A stretch of 64,000 bases of DNA, taken from Harriotta raleighana. Lineage: Eukaryota. A program made the translations under genes and the position numbers. How positions within the stretch are numbered: the stretch's first letter is position 1; each line of letters begins with the position of its first letter. Below, piece by piece: positions 23,212-37,070 of the stretch. Below the pieces are notes generated by a model. That model was not told where the DNA came from. It made no database searches and saw only the letters and a list, made by a program, of their open reading frames with translations. The stretch covers positions 1,863,053 through 1,927,052 of the forward strand of contig JBNZDD010013599.1 of NCBI GenBank assembly GCA_050575255.1, given 5' to 3'.

Positions 23212-26200
23212 GAAAAATGCATCTTTCTTTTGCAGCACGATATACTGTGCATGCAAATATAACTAGTAGTTGATTTACTTGGGTGAAACAGACATACAGC
23301 ACTTGAATTCTTTTATACTGGAAAAAATAAGCTCCAAATCCTACATTTCTCTGTGCTGAACTGGGATCAGACCATGATTACATCCCAGTTAGTTTACCAT
23401 ATACTGTACTTACAGTATGTAGCCTTTTAATGTTTCAGGTTTGTAAGATACAGATTTTATTGATGTTTAATATTAGAATTCGTTTCAACTTCAATTTTCT
23501 TTTCAGCATTTGGCGCTCAGAATCCAATGTGCCAACATCGCAAAGGCAGCGAGAACGTTAGTGTGCACTGAATCATCGATTCTGGGACGAGGAACACAAA
23601 CTGACTTGTGGAGTTCAACTTCAGCCAAGTAAACGCTCTCAACATCAGAACGAGAAATTCTGCTGTTCTTATTTGTTCTGCTCTCTCAGTTTAGAAAGGT
23701 TGCAGTACACACTGATGGGAAAACTCGGCCTCTCTGGTCTTTAATGATGAACCTTTGTTGTCCGACACTCTTGTTCTGCTCTCTCTACATACCATCTAAC
23801 TGATGAGTGCATTGAGATGTTCATCCTCCATAAAAAGGCATTTCAGAAATGCTAATTGTTGTATTTATTGGTTTTAATTCTTTAATCAGCTGAATATGGA
23901 TTTGTCCACTGTTTAGTATATCTTTGCTGCTTTTGTTGTCACACGATAGGATATCTATAGTTTAACGATCCCAGGATGCTGTTTGAAAGGAGAAGGTAAC
24001 TTCCCCCAGTGTCCTGCCCAACAATCCTCCAAATGAAATCTATGCCTCAAATAAGAAAAACCTCAACCCAAAGTTTTTTAGATTGCACATCTTCGTTAAA
24101 GGGAAGCGCAATCTCGGGAATACGTCTTGTTGAAAGTGCACCCTTGTTTCAGAGAAGAAACGAATCTTGTGAGGGAGAATGAGTTTGCTCTATCAAAACA
24201 CAATTGAACGCTATCGAGTCTTTCTGGTCTCCTGGACTTCGGGCAGCTTCAAATTGAATAGCTGTGCAATTTCCGTCGCTGTCTGCAACTTCACAAATTG
24301 CCATTCACGTTGGTGACACATTAAAGGCTGGTATTGATCACAATTACTGGCTCTAATCCCATTCACACCACACGCGCACGTCCCTCAGAATGAGAAAGTC
24401 CTCTTGCAAACGAGATGACTGGCAACGCAAAATATCCCTGCAGCTGGAACATATAGAACACCCTCGCTTTTCGAGGAGCCTGACGGAGGAACGAACGATA
24501 CATAATTGCCCACTGGATAAACGGTAGCTTCGTTTTGCGACCCTCGAAACGTGAAACCCGCTCCATTAAGGAAAAAAACCCTGGACCACTGCGAAGATCG
24601 AGCAAGAGCTTTCGAAACGACTTTGTTTTCTGCAATAAACAAAAGAACGTGCTACTTGATTACGTCTCATTTTGTCAAGGAAAATGTGTTCTTTGGTGGG
24701 GTGGGGGGGGGGGGGCGGGCGGGGGTGGTGGGATTTGATCGAGGGCCCTCATTCAACTTTTATCAGAGGGCAGAAATCGAAATGCTGCTGCGTAAATGGA
24801 CATCCTGACAGAAGCACATTAAAAGGCTCGGATTCTAGTCTGTTCGTGGCGATGGCAAAAAGACAAATTGTCCCATTAAAAACCTCGCTCGAGATTATTC
24901 TCATGTTGTCGAAGAATGCTTCCATTCCATTGTCTATTTCAAGGCTAGTGCAGTGGATCAGTGTCTATCCATGGCAGCTTTTGTTCTCTGGGCTTGCGAT
25001 CGCTAGTGATTTAGGGCTGAATAGGCGGTTACAGAATATAGCTATCCGGGGGCTGTTTCTGAAATATAAGTAGGTGTGCAACAACATTGATAAGCTTCGT
25101 TGGGTATAACTGATACTTGCATATTTACTCTCTATTTATTGGTACACAGAATTGTTCGACTTGCTCCATTTCTGAACTGTTCAATACCGGAACAAGAGGG
25201 GGAATCTTATGGCTCAATATGATTTCCATACCCAGACTGAACAGCCTAAAATAATTATGAATCGTTGTCCTCCAAATGGGCAATTTTACATTGAGTTTTG
25301 TTTGAGGTTGAGATGGAAGAGAAAAAAAATCAAACTGTGATGAACATTATGTTCGTATGCGAACCATCAATTTGATTTCCAAATTCTTAGTTGGTATTTA
25401 ATTTACCCAACAGGTCACCATAACAGTAAGAAAGATTGACCAACACACTATCCAATGCTTAGCAGAGTCAAGAGGCTGAAGACATGGTATTTAACTAACA
25501 GCACAGCCACCGACACACACAGAGAATTGCAGAGATTTTGAATTTAGATTCTAGGTAGACAGTAGATTGAGATGACAGACTGAAGGAAATTCCACAAGCT
25601 CGATCTGATTCATGGTTCTCGAGTGTATAAGTGATAAATTGCACAGGAGTGAATTCAGGAGCGTCCTGTCTACGAAAAAGGTATTCTCCTCAGATCTGAT
25701 CTCCTCAGTCTCCAATGCTTGTTACAGTAGAGAATTCTTAAATTCCCTACTTTCTGGCAGGCCTGACTCTCTCACCCACAGCAAATGAAAACCCACTTGG
25801 AAACTGTCTGCTACCTGCTGCTCACCATTCATTCTTTATTATGGCTTCATGGTGTATGCAAAGGCTCGCTGTTTGTTAAGAGTTTCACGGGAGAGGGTGT
25901 GTTACTGTTCATTAATCTCTGCGTTACATTTTGCCTCTTTCAGTCTGAATTTCCCGTGAGTCTGAAGATACGATTTTTTTTGTATTGTTTGACGGGGGTG
26001 AAAAATGTGATGGTTTCACATCATGTGATCAATGTGATCATCAAATCATATGAAAACGCGCATTTTTCAACCTCCTATATTGAATCTTGATAAAGCATTG
26101 GAATATCATGCAATGCTGTTCAATGTTGACACTCAGTTACATGATACAGCCAAGTATAACCTATACAATGCAGCTGAATGTTAAAATTGAATTGCATTTT

Positions 26201-27615
26201 TCAAGCCGCATTCTTTCTTTCATTCTTCTTCCATTCAGAATTTTCTGAGTTTGAGCACGGATGAAGAATACAGCTCCCTCCAACATAAGACAACATTGCA
26301 TTTAATTCAGCCTGAGAAGAGCTTTGAACGCCGCCTGAATGAACCACATCAAGGTCAATTGAGACGCTTCAAAAGCATTTCACGGAATATATTATCAAGT
26401 GGATTGATTGTGTATTTTTGTGTATGGGCAAAACGCAGCAGCTATTTGCACACAGCATGGATGCTTTGATATTGCCCAACACTCAGAGTTGGCGAAGAGA
26501 AGAGTTTATTCCATCAGTTTAAGAGTTTAACCCATCGCAGCATTACACAAACCTTGTCGTTTCACAGGAATGATAGATCACCGTTCAAACTGTTCTTTAG
26601 AGTGGCGATGGACAGTCATTACGTGAGTTAGCAGTCACAAGTGCCAAAATAAACTGGAAGAAGTCTGAATCAACAGTTTTGAGTCTATTCATGAAAGCCC
26701 AACTTGGCCCAGTTTCACTCACTTTTCAGTTCGGATGCGAATGCTCTGTGTGCTGCCATAACAGTTCCTCATTTGTTTTTTTTGTTTAAAAAAAGATTAT
26801 TTTAAAACAGAGTTAGAATAATTCACCTTTTTTTTTTTTGCCGTTGCTGATGATTTAGTAATTCCTAGTGTTCGGCAGGAAAATTAGTCTCTTATCTGAT
26901 GACCTAGGAGCTCAATGCATTTCCAATAAAACCTCCCTCTGATCTCTGTTAGTGAAGGGAAATCTCACTGCTGATCTGAAACTAACAGCGAGTTCTATCT
27001 ACTTGTGAATCTTGCTGTCCACAATTCCAATTAGACATTAGACCAAAGTCCCGTTTGCCTCTAGTTAGGCGTTAACTATGTTTAATACGATTTGTTAAAA
27101 GAAACACACTTAAATTAAATGATTAAATGAAGATTGACTTCACAGCTCTCTGTGGCACTTTTGTTGGGGCAAATGGCATCTGCATTTGCCCAATAAAAGT
27201 CTATACATTTGACATATACTTACTGGTGAAGCACTTTAAAATGTTTGATGCAAATGGGTGGGCGGGTGGGTGGGAAGAAAAATGCAAACTCTTCTGTCTT
27301 TCTTATTGAACTGCACCAGAAATTATGCGGTTAGAAGAGATTAACAAAGGGGTGGGCTGAGAGGTGTGGATAGAGTGAGCAAAACTGATTTTTCAGGCTT
27401 CAAAAAAAAAAGTTTTCCCATCGATGCAACATAAGCAGGAGAGAAGCAGCTTAATTACAGTATAATTGTAGCTGTGTTGAAAGAGCATAAAACTGCTGGA
27501 TACGTTTGCTGAATATTTTATTGAGTCATTTAGAGGGTTTGGGATATTCTTGGATTGTGATTTGATTTATTTTAATAATAAAATATCCCGCATGTTTATG
27601 AAGACAAAAAAAAAA
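23212..27615 (+). repeat. Duplicated block, copy D
   Basis: Starts at the equivalent of 15257; bounded by N at 23211 and 27616. Confidence 0.97.
27031..27245 (+). mobile_element. Old DeuSINE fragment (second copy at ~30833-31048)
   Basis: agacattagaccaaagtcccgtttgcc...gcaaatggcatctgcatttgcc...tgaagcacttt. Confidence 0.6.
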
Positions 27616-27616
27616 N

Positions 27617-30600
27617 GATGTTCATCCTCCATAAAAAGGCATTTCAGAAATGCTAATTGTTGTATTTATTGGTTTTAATTCTTTAATCAGCTGAATATGG
27701 ATTTGTCCACTGTTTAGTATATCTTTGCTGCTTTTGTTGTCACACGATAGGATATCTATAGTTTAACGATCCCAGGATGCTGTTTGAAAGGAGAAGGTAA
27801 CTTCCCCCCAGTGTCCTGCCCAACAATCCGCCAAATGAAATCTATGCCTCAAATAAGAAAAACCTCAACCCAAAGTTTTTTAGATTGCACATCTTTGTTA
27901 AAGGGAAGCGCAATCTCGGGAATACGTCTTGTTGAAAGTGCACCCTTGTTTCAGAGAAGAAACGAATCTTGTGAGGGAGAATGAGTTTGCTCTATCAAAC
28001 ACAATTGAACGCTATCGAGTCTTTCTGGTCTCCTGGACTTCGGGCAGCTTCAAATTGAATAGCTGTGCAATTTCCGTCGCCGTCTGCAACTTCACAAATT
28101 GCCATTCACGTTGGTGACACATTAAAGGCTGGTATTGATCACAATTACTGGCTCTAATCCCATTCACACCATACGCGCACGTCCCTCAGAATGAGAAAGT
28201 CCTCTTGCAAACGAGATTACTGGCAACACAAAATATCCCCGCAGCTGGAACATATAGAACACCCTCGCTTTTCGAGGACCCTGACGGAGGAACGAACAAT
28301 ACATAATTGCCCACTGGATAAACGGTAGCTTCGTTTTGCGACCCTCGAAACGTGAAACCCGCTCCATTAAGGAAAAAAACCCTGGACCACTGCGAAGATC
28401 GAGCAAGAGCTTTCGAAACGACTTTGTTTTCTGCAATAAACAAAAGAACGTGCTACTTGATTACGTCTCATTTTGTCAAGGAAAATGTGTTCTTTGGTGG
28501 GGTGGGGGGGGGGGGGCGGGCGGGGGTGGTGGGATTTGATCGAGGGCCCTCATTCAACTTTTATCAGAGGGCAGAAATCGAAATGCTGCTGCGTAAATGG
28601 ACATCCTGACAGAAGCACATTAAAAGGCTCGGATTCTAGTCTGTTCGTGGCGATGGCAAAAAGACAAATTGTCCCATTAAAAACCTCGCTCGAGATTATT
28701 CTCATGTTGTCGAAGAATGCTTCCATTCCATTGTCTATTTCAAGGCTAGTGCAGTGGATCAGTGTCTATCCATGGCAGCTTTTGTTCTCTGGGCTTGCGA
28801 TCGCTAGTGATTTAGGGCTGAATAGGCGGTTACAGAATATAGCTATCCGGGGGCTGTTTCTGAAATATAAGGTAGGTGTGCAACAACATTGATAAGCTTC
28901 GTTGGGTATAACTGATACTTGCATATTTACTCTCTATTTATTGGTACACAGAATTGTTCGACTTGCTCCATTTCTGAACTGTTCAATACCGGAACAAGAG
29001 GGGGATCTTATGGCTTAATATGATTTCCATATCCAGACTGAACAGCCTAAAATAATTATGAATCGTTGTCCTCCAAATGGGCAATTTTACATTGAGTTTT
29101 GTTTGAGGTTGAGATGGAAGAGAAAAAAAATCAAACTGTGATGAACATTATGTTCGTATGCGAACCATCAATTTGATTTCCAAATTCTTAGTTGGTATTT
29201 AATTTACCCAACAGGTCACCATAACAGTAAGAAAGATTGACCAACACACTATCCAATGCTTAGCAGAGTCAAGAGGCTGAAGACATGGTATTTAACTAAC
29301 AGCACAGCCACCGACACACACAGAGAATTGCAGAGATTTTGAATTTAGATTCTAGGTAGACAGTAGATTGAGATGACAGACTGAAGGAAATTCCACAAGC
29401 TCGATCTGATTCATGGTTCTCGAGTGTATAAGTGATAAATTGCACAGGAGTGAATTCAGGAGCGTCCTGTCTACGAAAAAGGTATTCTCCTCAGATCTGA
29501 TCTCCTCAGTCTCCAATGCTTGTTACAGTAGAGAATTCTTAAATTCCCTACTTTCTGGCAGGCCTGACTCTCTCACCCACAGCAAATGAAAACCCACTTG
29601 GAAACTGTCTGCTACCTGCTGCTCACCATTCATTCTTTATTATGGCTTCATGGTGTATGCAAAGGCTCGCTGTTTGTTAAGAGTTTCACGGGAGAGGGTG
29701 TGTTACTGTTCATTAATCTCTGCGTTACATTTTGCCTCTTTCAGTCTGAATTTCCCGTGAGTCTGAAGATACGATTTTTTTTGTATTGTTTGACGGGGGT
29801 GAAAAATGTGATGGTTTCACATCATGTGATCAATGTGATCATCAAATCATATGAAAACGCGCATTTTTCAACCTCCTATATTGAATCTTGATAAAGCATT
29901 GGAATATCATGCAATGCTGTTCAATGTTGACACTCAGTTACATGATACAGCCAAGTATAACCTATACAATGCAGCTGAATGTTAAAATTGAATTGCATTT
30001 TTCAAGCCGCATTCTTTCTTTCATTCTTCTTCCATTCAGAATTTTCTGAGTTTGAGCACGGATGAAGAATACAGCTCCCTCCAACATAAGACAACATTGC
30101 ATTTAATTCAGCCTGAGAAGAGCTTTGAACGCCGCCTGAATGAACCACATCAAGGTCAATTGAGACGCTTCAAAAGCATTTCACGGAATATATTATCAAG
30201 TGGATTGATTGTGTATTTTTGTGTATGGGCAAAACGCAGCAGCTATTTGCACACAGCATGGATGCTTTGATATTGCCCAACACTCAGAGTTGGCAAAGAG
30301 AAGAGTTTATTCCATCAGTTTAAGAGTTTAACCGATCGCAGCATTACACAAACCTTGTCGTTTCACAGGAATGATAGATCACCGTTCAAACTGTTCTTTA
30401 GAGTGGCGATGGACAGTCATTACGTGAGTTAGCAGTCACAAGTGCCAAAATAAACTGGAAGAAGTCTGAATCAACAGTTTTGAGTCTATTCATGAAAGCC
30501 CAACTTGGCCCAGTTTCACTCACTTTTCAGTTCGGATGCGAGTGCTCTGTGTGCTGCCATAACAGTTCCTCATTTGTTTTTTTTGTTTAAAAAAAGATTA

Positions 30601-31418
30601 TTTTAAAACAGAGTTAGAATAATTCACCTTGTTGTTTTTTTTGCCGTTGCTGATGATTTAGTAATTCCTAGTGTTTGGCAGGAAAATTAGTCTCTTATCT
30701 GATGACCTAGGAGCTCAATGCATTTCCAATAAAACCTCCCTCTGATCTCTGTTAGTGAAGGGAAATCTCACTGCTGATCTGAAACTAACAGCGAGTTCTA
30801 TCTACTTGTGAATCTTGCTGTCCACAATTCCAATTAGACATTAGACCAAAGTCTCGTTTGCCTCTAGTTAGGCGTTAACTATGTTTAATACGATTTGTTA
30901 AAAGAAACACACTTAAATTAAATGATTAAATGAAGATTGACTTCACAGCTCTCTGTGGCACTTTTGTTGGGGCAAATGGCATCTGCATTTGCCCAATAAA
31001 AGTCTATACATTTGACATATACTTACTTGTGAAGCACTTTAAAATGTTTGATGCAAATGGGTGGGCGGGTGGGTGGGAAGAAAAATGCAAACTCTTCTGT
31101 CTTTCTTATTGAACTGCACCAGAAATTATGCGGTTAGAAGAGATTAACAAAGGGGTGGGCTGAGAGGTGTGGATAGAGTGAGCAAAACTGATTTTTCAGG
31201 CTTCAAAAAAAAAAGTTTTCCCATCGATGCAACATAAGCAGGAGAGAAGCAGCTTAATTACAGTATAATTGTAGCTGTGTTGAAAGAGCATAAAACTGCT
31301 GGATACGTTTGCTGAATATTTTATTGAGTCATTTAGAGGGTTTGGGATATTCTTGGATTGTGATTTGATTTATTTTAATAATAAAATATCCCGCATGTTT
31401 ATGAAGACAAAAAAAAAA
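27617..31418 (+). repeat. Duplicated block, copy E (continues into unique sequence)
   Basis: Starts at the equivalent of 15863 and matches copy D to its end. Confidence 0.97.
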
Positions 31419-32625
31419 TAATCTGGTTAAACCGCGGGCATTAAGAGAATGTCTATGAACTGTACCTAATCAGTAACTTTGAACTCTATCAGGCTTGCAC
31501 CATTAGTGTTGGCAGCTTTATAAAACAAATTACTAACTGTAATCCTTACCCTGAAATACTCCGCACAAGACAATAGTTCAGCTAAATAGAACTGTCACTG
31601 GAGAAGAGTTATTGTTAGCAGCTGAACAAACTTAATTTTGCAGTTTACATCAGGAATTGTCCATGAACCTGACTTCAGGCAGCAGTATATTAATAATTAT
31701 TATCCCATGGGAATATTATGGCAAGTATTTCTATTTCTTTCCAGGGTTTTTTTAAAAAAAAAGATATTTCCAATTTTTAAAGCACGATTTTACGATGTTG
31801 TCATCAACATTAACTGATGTTTGCATTTCTTTTACCTGAAGAGACTTTTTGTCCATCACTCAATGGATTCCAGCACTTTCATTAGCAATGGTATGGATCT
31901 CATAACCTCATTTGCACTCTACAATAATGATATCAAGATATAATTCTGCCACAGGCTTTAGTGTAATTAATTATTCTGATCAGCAGGATTTCGATGGCTG
32001 CCAGCCAAGAAAACCATTTATATTACGAAGATTCAAACATCAGGCCATTGAGTTAAACATTTGATGCATACTATCCACTGGCCTGATATCAATCTGAGTT
32101 ATACATACAGTACTTCGTATGGTGAAAGTCGTTCAGTGGGAACAATTCATAGCAAACAAACGCTCCCTTTTACTCAATTGTTTCTTTTTAAACAAACTCT
32201 AATCAAGTTAAACGCACTGATCCTGATTTTCCTGCAATCTTCCTCTGGTAGTACTCACACACTAAAGCTATTAGTCCACCTTTAGTGGTGTAGTGTGCAT
32301 CCAATTCATTAAACTAAACACATCTCTGCAAGTCTATTAGTGGGTCAGTTTCGCCCTACCCTAGAACAGTAATAATGACAATGAATGTACTTCTATGCTA
32401 ATCTGGGTGCAGATATGCATCCATCTTCTTTAGTTCTCCTGGCAGTAAGGACGTGACGTGGTATCCATTTGGTATTTCTGACAGTTTATCGGAAAGGGAG
32501 AAATGTGCCCATGTTCCTTTAATTACGTAAAGTACGACTGAATATAAAACCAAATTGTATACACCACAAAGAGACAATTCACCTCCATTGACTTTGCACT
32601 GTACAACAACAACTAGCGTTTATAT

Positions 32626-32866
32626 AAGAATAAGAAGAATTCTTGCATTTGATATCGCGCTTTTCACATCTTATCGATGTCTCAAAGGGCTTCACAGAAT
32701 TTTTTTTTAAACTGTAGAGTGAATTGACTGTATATTTGTGGGCGAAAGGCGGCAGCTAATTCCGCACAGCAGCGTCCCCCACAAGCAGTCCTGGATTGAA
32801 ATGACCAATTTAATGATTGTGTTTTTTTGGGGAGGGATTATTACTAGGCCTGCGGAGTAAGGAAAC
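32626..32866 (-). mobile_element. Young SINE lacking its tRNA head
   Basis: High similarity to 34592-34948 from the tail up to gagtaaggaaact. Confidence 0.9.
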
Positions 32867-33047
32867 TAATGCAGAAGCGTCCAATGACACGACTTTAATA
32901 AGGTAACAAAGAAATGGCCTAGATAGTGACTACTGAAATCTTTACACGAGAGCGAGCAGCCCAGCTATAGAGTGCCCTTCACGGACAGAGCCTCGGAGCG
33001 CTTATGTTATAGGATGCAGCAGCTCAGATAGTTTACACTTAAATATA

Positions 33048-33108
33048 ACAACAAAATTACTCTTGTAGAGCTCCTTGGGAGAGAAGATGTCCCAAGACAC
33101 TGATCAGG
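33048..33108 (-). mobile_element. Degenerate L2 3' tail
   Basis: aacaacaaaattac...tagagc...gatgtcccaagacactg. Confidence 0.6.
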
Positions 33109-33254
33109 GGTCATTGTCTTAGATATTGGATATCAAGGCAATGCAAGAGTAAGATTGCAAATTATTTGAGGGCTTTATTTAGTATTGTTTTAAAATATTT
33201 TCTGTTGCACACATGAGGGAGAAGGGAATAGAGGGCATAAAAGGGGAGGGGGAT

Positions 33255-33352
33255 TGGGGGGTGAACGGAAGCTCATGTGCAGTACTGTATCACCACCAGT
33301 ATGGAACAGTTGGGGAAAATGGCCTGTTTCAGTGCTGTAGATTCGATTTGAT
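33255..33352 (+). mobile_element. CR1 LINE 3' UTR fragment
   Basis: aagctcatgtg...caccagtatggaacagttggggaaaatggcctgtttcagtgctgtagattc, a typical CR1 3' end. Confidence 0.7.
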
Positions 33353-34059
33353 TGTAGTGACATATAACATATAGAGTTCCCCCTGCAGGAGAATATTTCA
33401 TGTGGATGAAACTCAGAAATGAAGAGATTCCTGACTTGAATTAGTCCCTTTGGATACACAATATATTTTAACTAGTTTTCTGAGCTTTTTCAGCCAACGG
33501 GGCTGAATTATACCAGTTATTTTACACTGTTCGCTCTTATGAAAACACACTGAATTTAGAAGTGAAATATTGGAACTGCGTTCGCTGGCCTAGAGGAGCA
33601 CTGAAATCCCTTCTCATCCATGATTTTAACAAGAGTAAGAATGAAAGGGAAGATGGAAAGGTGACAGAAGGAGTGTAAAAAGACTAGAGTGCTAAAGTGA
33701 AGTTATATGACAGCTCTGCTCAATATATAAATATTTCAAATGTCAAGGCACATATCAATAATTAGTGCATAGTATTTGTTTTATAACACAATGCGCCCAT
33801 ACAAATAATGCATCTTTTGCACTACTCTTAGTTAACTACTCTCCCATCTCTTGTCGCATGCTTTTTTTTTGCCACAGTCAATGTAAATATGTATTTTTAC
33901 GTTAATCCTATTTTGCAACATATAGACTTTGCTAACTGCTGTCTTACAGTTACTATCTGTTCCCTGAAGAGAAAATTAACTGACGGAGTCAGTGCATACT
34001 TCAAATCACACACACACACACACACACANGAACTGACGGAGACAGTGCATACTTCAAAT

Positions 34060-34090
<31 letters not shown>

Positions 34091-34591
34091 AGTATAATAG
34101 CAATTGTCTTTTGTAAAGATGCATTCTGGAACATCTTTGCAATTCTAATGTGTAATTTCGGGAATACTAAATGTCACATTTTTCATATCTCTTAAACCAT
34201 GCAGATTAATTCCTGCAATGTCCTGCTGTGAGCTGAGCTACTTGCGTTTTGCTTCCAATTTGTCTGGGACTGATCCGAGGAGATGGCTTCGCAAACAAAG
34301 TGAACGAGAATCGAGACCTTTGAATGCCAAACTGTATTTGAAGCGAGTTTGGCGCACAGAATTTCCATTAGATTATTCAAAGTAACATTCGGTATCCTCA
34401 GAAGAGAGGAGAAATCGTGTACAAGTTCCATTTCGTCGCGATGAGTGTTCTCTGAATCTGCTGCAATTGTTGCAGCAAGTCTGGTCGGGTTTCCAGAAAT
34501 GAGGATAAGCTTGCAATGGAATCCCAGAGGGTGGAACTGAAGGGTTGAACAGAAGGAGAATCAGACGCTTGTTTGTCAGCCTCAACAGTTA

Positions 34592-34948
34592 TATAATAAT
34601 ANGAAGAAGAAGAAGAAGAAGAATCCTTGCATTTGACATAGCGTTGTTCACATCTTATCAATGTCCCAAAGCGCTTCACAGAATATACTGTAAAGTGAAT
34701 TGACTGTATATATTTGTGGGCGGAACGCGGCAGCCAATTGCGTACAGCAGCGTGTCCCCCCCACACTCACAGTCTGGATTGAAATGACCAATTTTATTAT
34801 TGTGGTTTTTTTGGAGGGATTATTATTAGGCATGTGGAGCAAGGAAACTCGCCCAAGGTTTCGCCCTGATCTGCCTGGATTCGCACACAGGTCTCATGCT
34901 TGTAAGGCATGTAAGGCGAGTGCTCTAACCACTGAGCCACAGGAGCTC
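34592..34948 (-). mobile_element. Full-length young tRNA-derived SINE
   Basis: Head ggagctcctgtggctcagtggttagagcact (A box)...gtgcgaatcc (B box); Deu-related segment aattggctgccgcgttcc; L2-like tail ending in (TTC)n/(TAT)n. Confidence 0.93.
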
Positions 34949-35012
34949 CACTTAAGTGTTTCCAAGACATAATTGAGAAGGTTTCATCAATTCTCAAATG
35001 ACCTACTGTACA

Positions 35013-35030
35013 TAACACTAGATGGCAGTG
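35013..35030 (+). promoter_or_regulatory. CTCF-like motif
   Basis: acactagatggcagtg resembles the CTCF core CCACYAGRKGGCRS; motif match only. Confidence 0.35.
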
Positions 35031-36810
35031 TACCTTTCCATCCCAGGAGAGAAAGACCCAGTCCCTGACCAAAATGCTTTGCTTTACCCCCAGCCCCGCA
35101 ATAACGCAGCTTTGGGTATCGCCAATCACTGGAAGGATTCCAATACAACTGCAGATCAGTCAGCAAACATTAACCAAGGCGACATCTAAATATCGTGGCG
35201 ATGCATACAGAATAGTCCCAATCCATAATGAGATTCCATTTATTCAATCTCCATTAGTCTTTATAATGGAAACGTCTAAAAAAAAACTCTTGTTTTTCAT
35301 ACGTTATTGGGCATTTGTTCTGTCCCTATGCTCCAGAATCCTTCTATCACTTTACTAATAGCCCACGCACACATCAGGAATAAGTGGAAATAATGGCCTA
35401 CACTTCGCAGGCAACCAGGTCAAAAAAAAATACATTGATGTGGAGCATTACAGGGAGTTGGCATGACAGAGGTTCATAATTTCTTGGATGAAGAAGCAAT
35501 GTTACATATTTCCCCCCCTCTCCCCAGATAAATGTTCAATCTGTACTGAGGAGGTTATGTTATTTGAAGACACAGTGCCGCATAATCAGATGGACATGAG
35601 CAATATAGCAGTGAGTGTTTTCAGGTTCAATAAAGATAACTGTTTGGAGGCATGATTGTGCATTATCCGTTCCTTGGTGTATTACTGCGGAGGTTTGTAT
35701 CCCGACTAATAGGGACGGGCTCAATTTTCAGCCCAACACTGAGTTTCTAAACTAGTCAATTCAGCAAGCTGCGGACCTAACCTCAATGCTCTACTCTTAT
35801 CTGACTGGTGCTGACTGGTGATGATAACGTACAGCTCCACCTCTTTTCATTGTGAAACAGGGAACAAGCAACCATTGACAGAGGCAAACGCACAGTAGAA
35901 ACTGTACTTCGACAATTAAAAAAAAGAGAGAGAAAACCACTGGAACCATTTTTACAGTAATAATAGTAAAGTTTCAGGTTTGAATCATCATCGAATTGAA
36001 TACAGCACTAGGCTGTCAATTCCCACTTCAACTCAGTGTTCATTAATAGCTGAGCTGGTATTGTGTGCCCGAAAGGTAATATGCTTTACAGGTTTAAAAT
36101 CTACAGAGACCCACTTGGTTTTCCAATCTGTTAAAGTCGGTAAAGTAATTAATATTGACATGGGAAGAAAGCGAAGGCTCCCTGTGAAGCACTTGTTATT
36201 TCTAGGGGCAGAACAACTGTTCAGATTTCATACTTAAACTCGTAGTAAATTAAAAATGGATTAAGTACACATACTTAAATCCAAGGCATGGTTTGAAAGA
36301 AAATAAAGCAGCAAAGACAGAAATAGACAATATCTCATTTTACCATCAAATGTAGATTACGTGAATGGATATTACACACCATCCATGACATGGGCAGAAC
36401 AAGGACAGGTATGGAACTCACAATATTTGCTTACAAAGTGAACATTGACTAATCTCGACAGCAGATCCTGTAGAATCTGAAATTTACCCAATGCGTTATT
36501 GTTCAAAGGCCGAAGAGGATCAATTGTGATTCAGAAGTTCATCCGATTCCATGGAAAGCCAGCAAATTACACTGTGTTTCGAGACCAAGATACAGAAGCC
36601 GCCCAGCGTCAGCTGCTGGGAATTCCCTGCTCCACTTCACCTTAAGAATCACAGTTTCACCTCATTTTTCTGCACCACAGACCACATTATCTCAACAGGA
36701 ATTAGAATTGTAATTAGGAGAAGCGATTGATTGCTCGAAACGCTTAACAAATACAAAATCCATAGATCTAGGCCCATGTCCAAAACACTGGGTTGTGTGT
36801 CGACCTGGCT

Positions 36811-37070
36811 CCATTAGACGTTAAATCAAAATCCAACCTGATCGTTTGGGTGGATGTTAAAGATCCCATGACATTATTTGAAAAACAAAGGGAGGTTCTC
36901 CCTGAGTCCTGGGTAAATATCCCCCAAATATAATTGGCAATTCATCTCATAACAGTTTGTAGGACACTGCTTGCGTAAATTAGCTGCCACATTCGCCAAC
37001 AAAATACAGTCACTACACCTGACAATATATATTGTGACGTGCTTTGAGCTCTTAGGAAACTGCAGTGATG
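36811..37070 (+). mobile_element. DeuSINE (core + 3' part)
   Basis: agacgttaaatc...ggtggatgttaaagatcccatgacattatttgaa...ttctccctgagtcctgg...aaattagctgcc...cagtcactacac. Confidence 0.88.

Noticed and set aside
16030-30270. Recurrent ORFs (e.g. MKTHLETV..., MSRK..., MQKTKS...) suggesting a tandem gene array
   Set aside because: They recur only because the DNA is duplicated; no recognisable domains, overlapping frames on both strands, and indels between copies shift frames
34192-34590. Protein-like frames (DLLQQLQQIQRTLIATK; MSCCELSYLRF...)
   Set aside because: Short, no homology recognised, no consistent splice sites
34870-34948. tRNA genes at SINE heads (also 38412 and ~48560-48625)
   Set aside because: A and B boxes continue directly into SINE bodies; no complete cloverleaf
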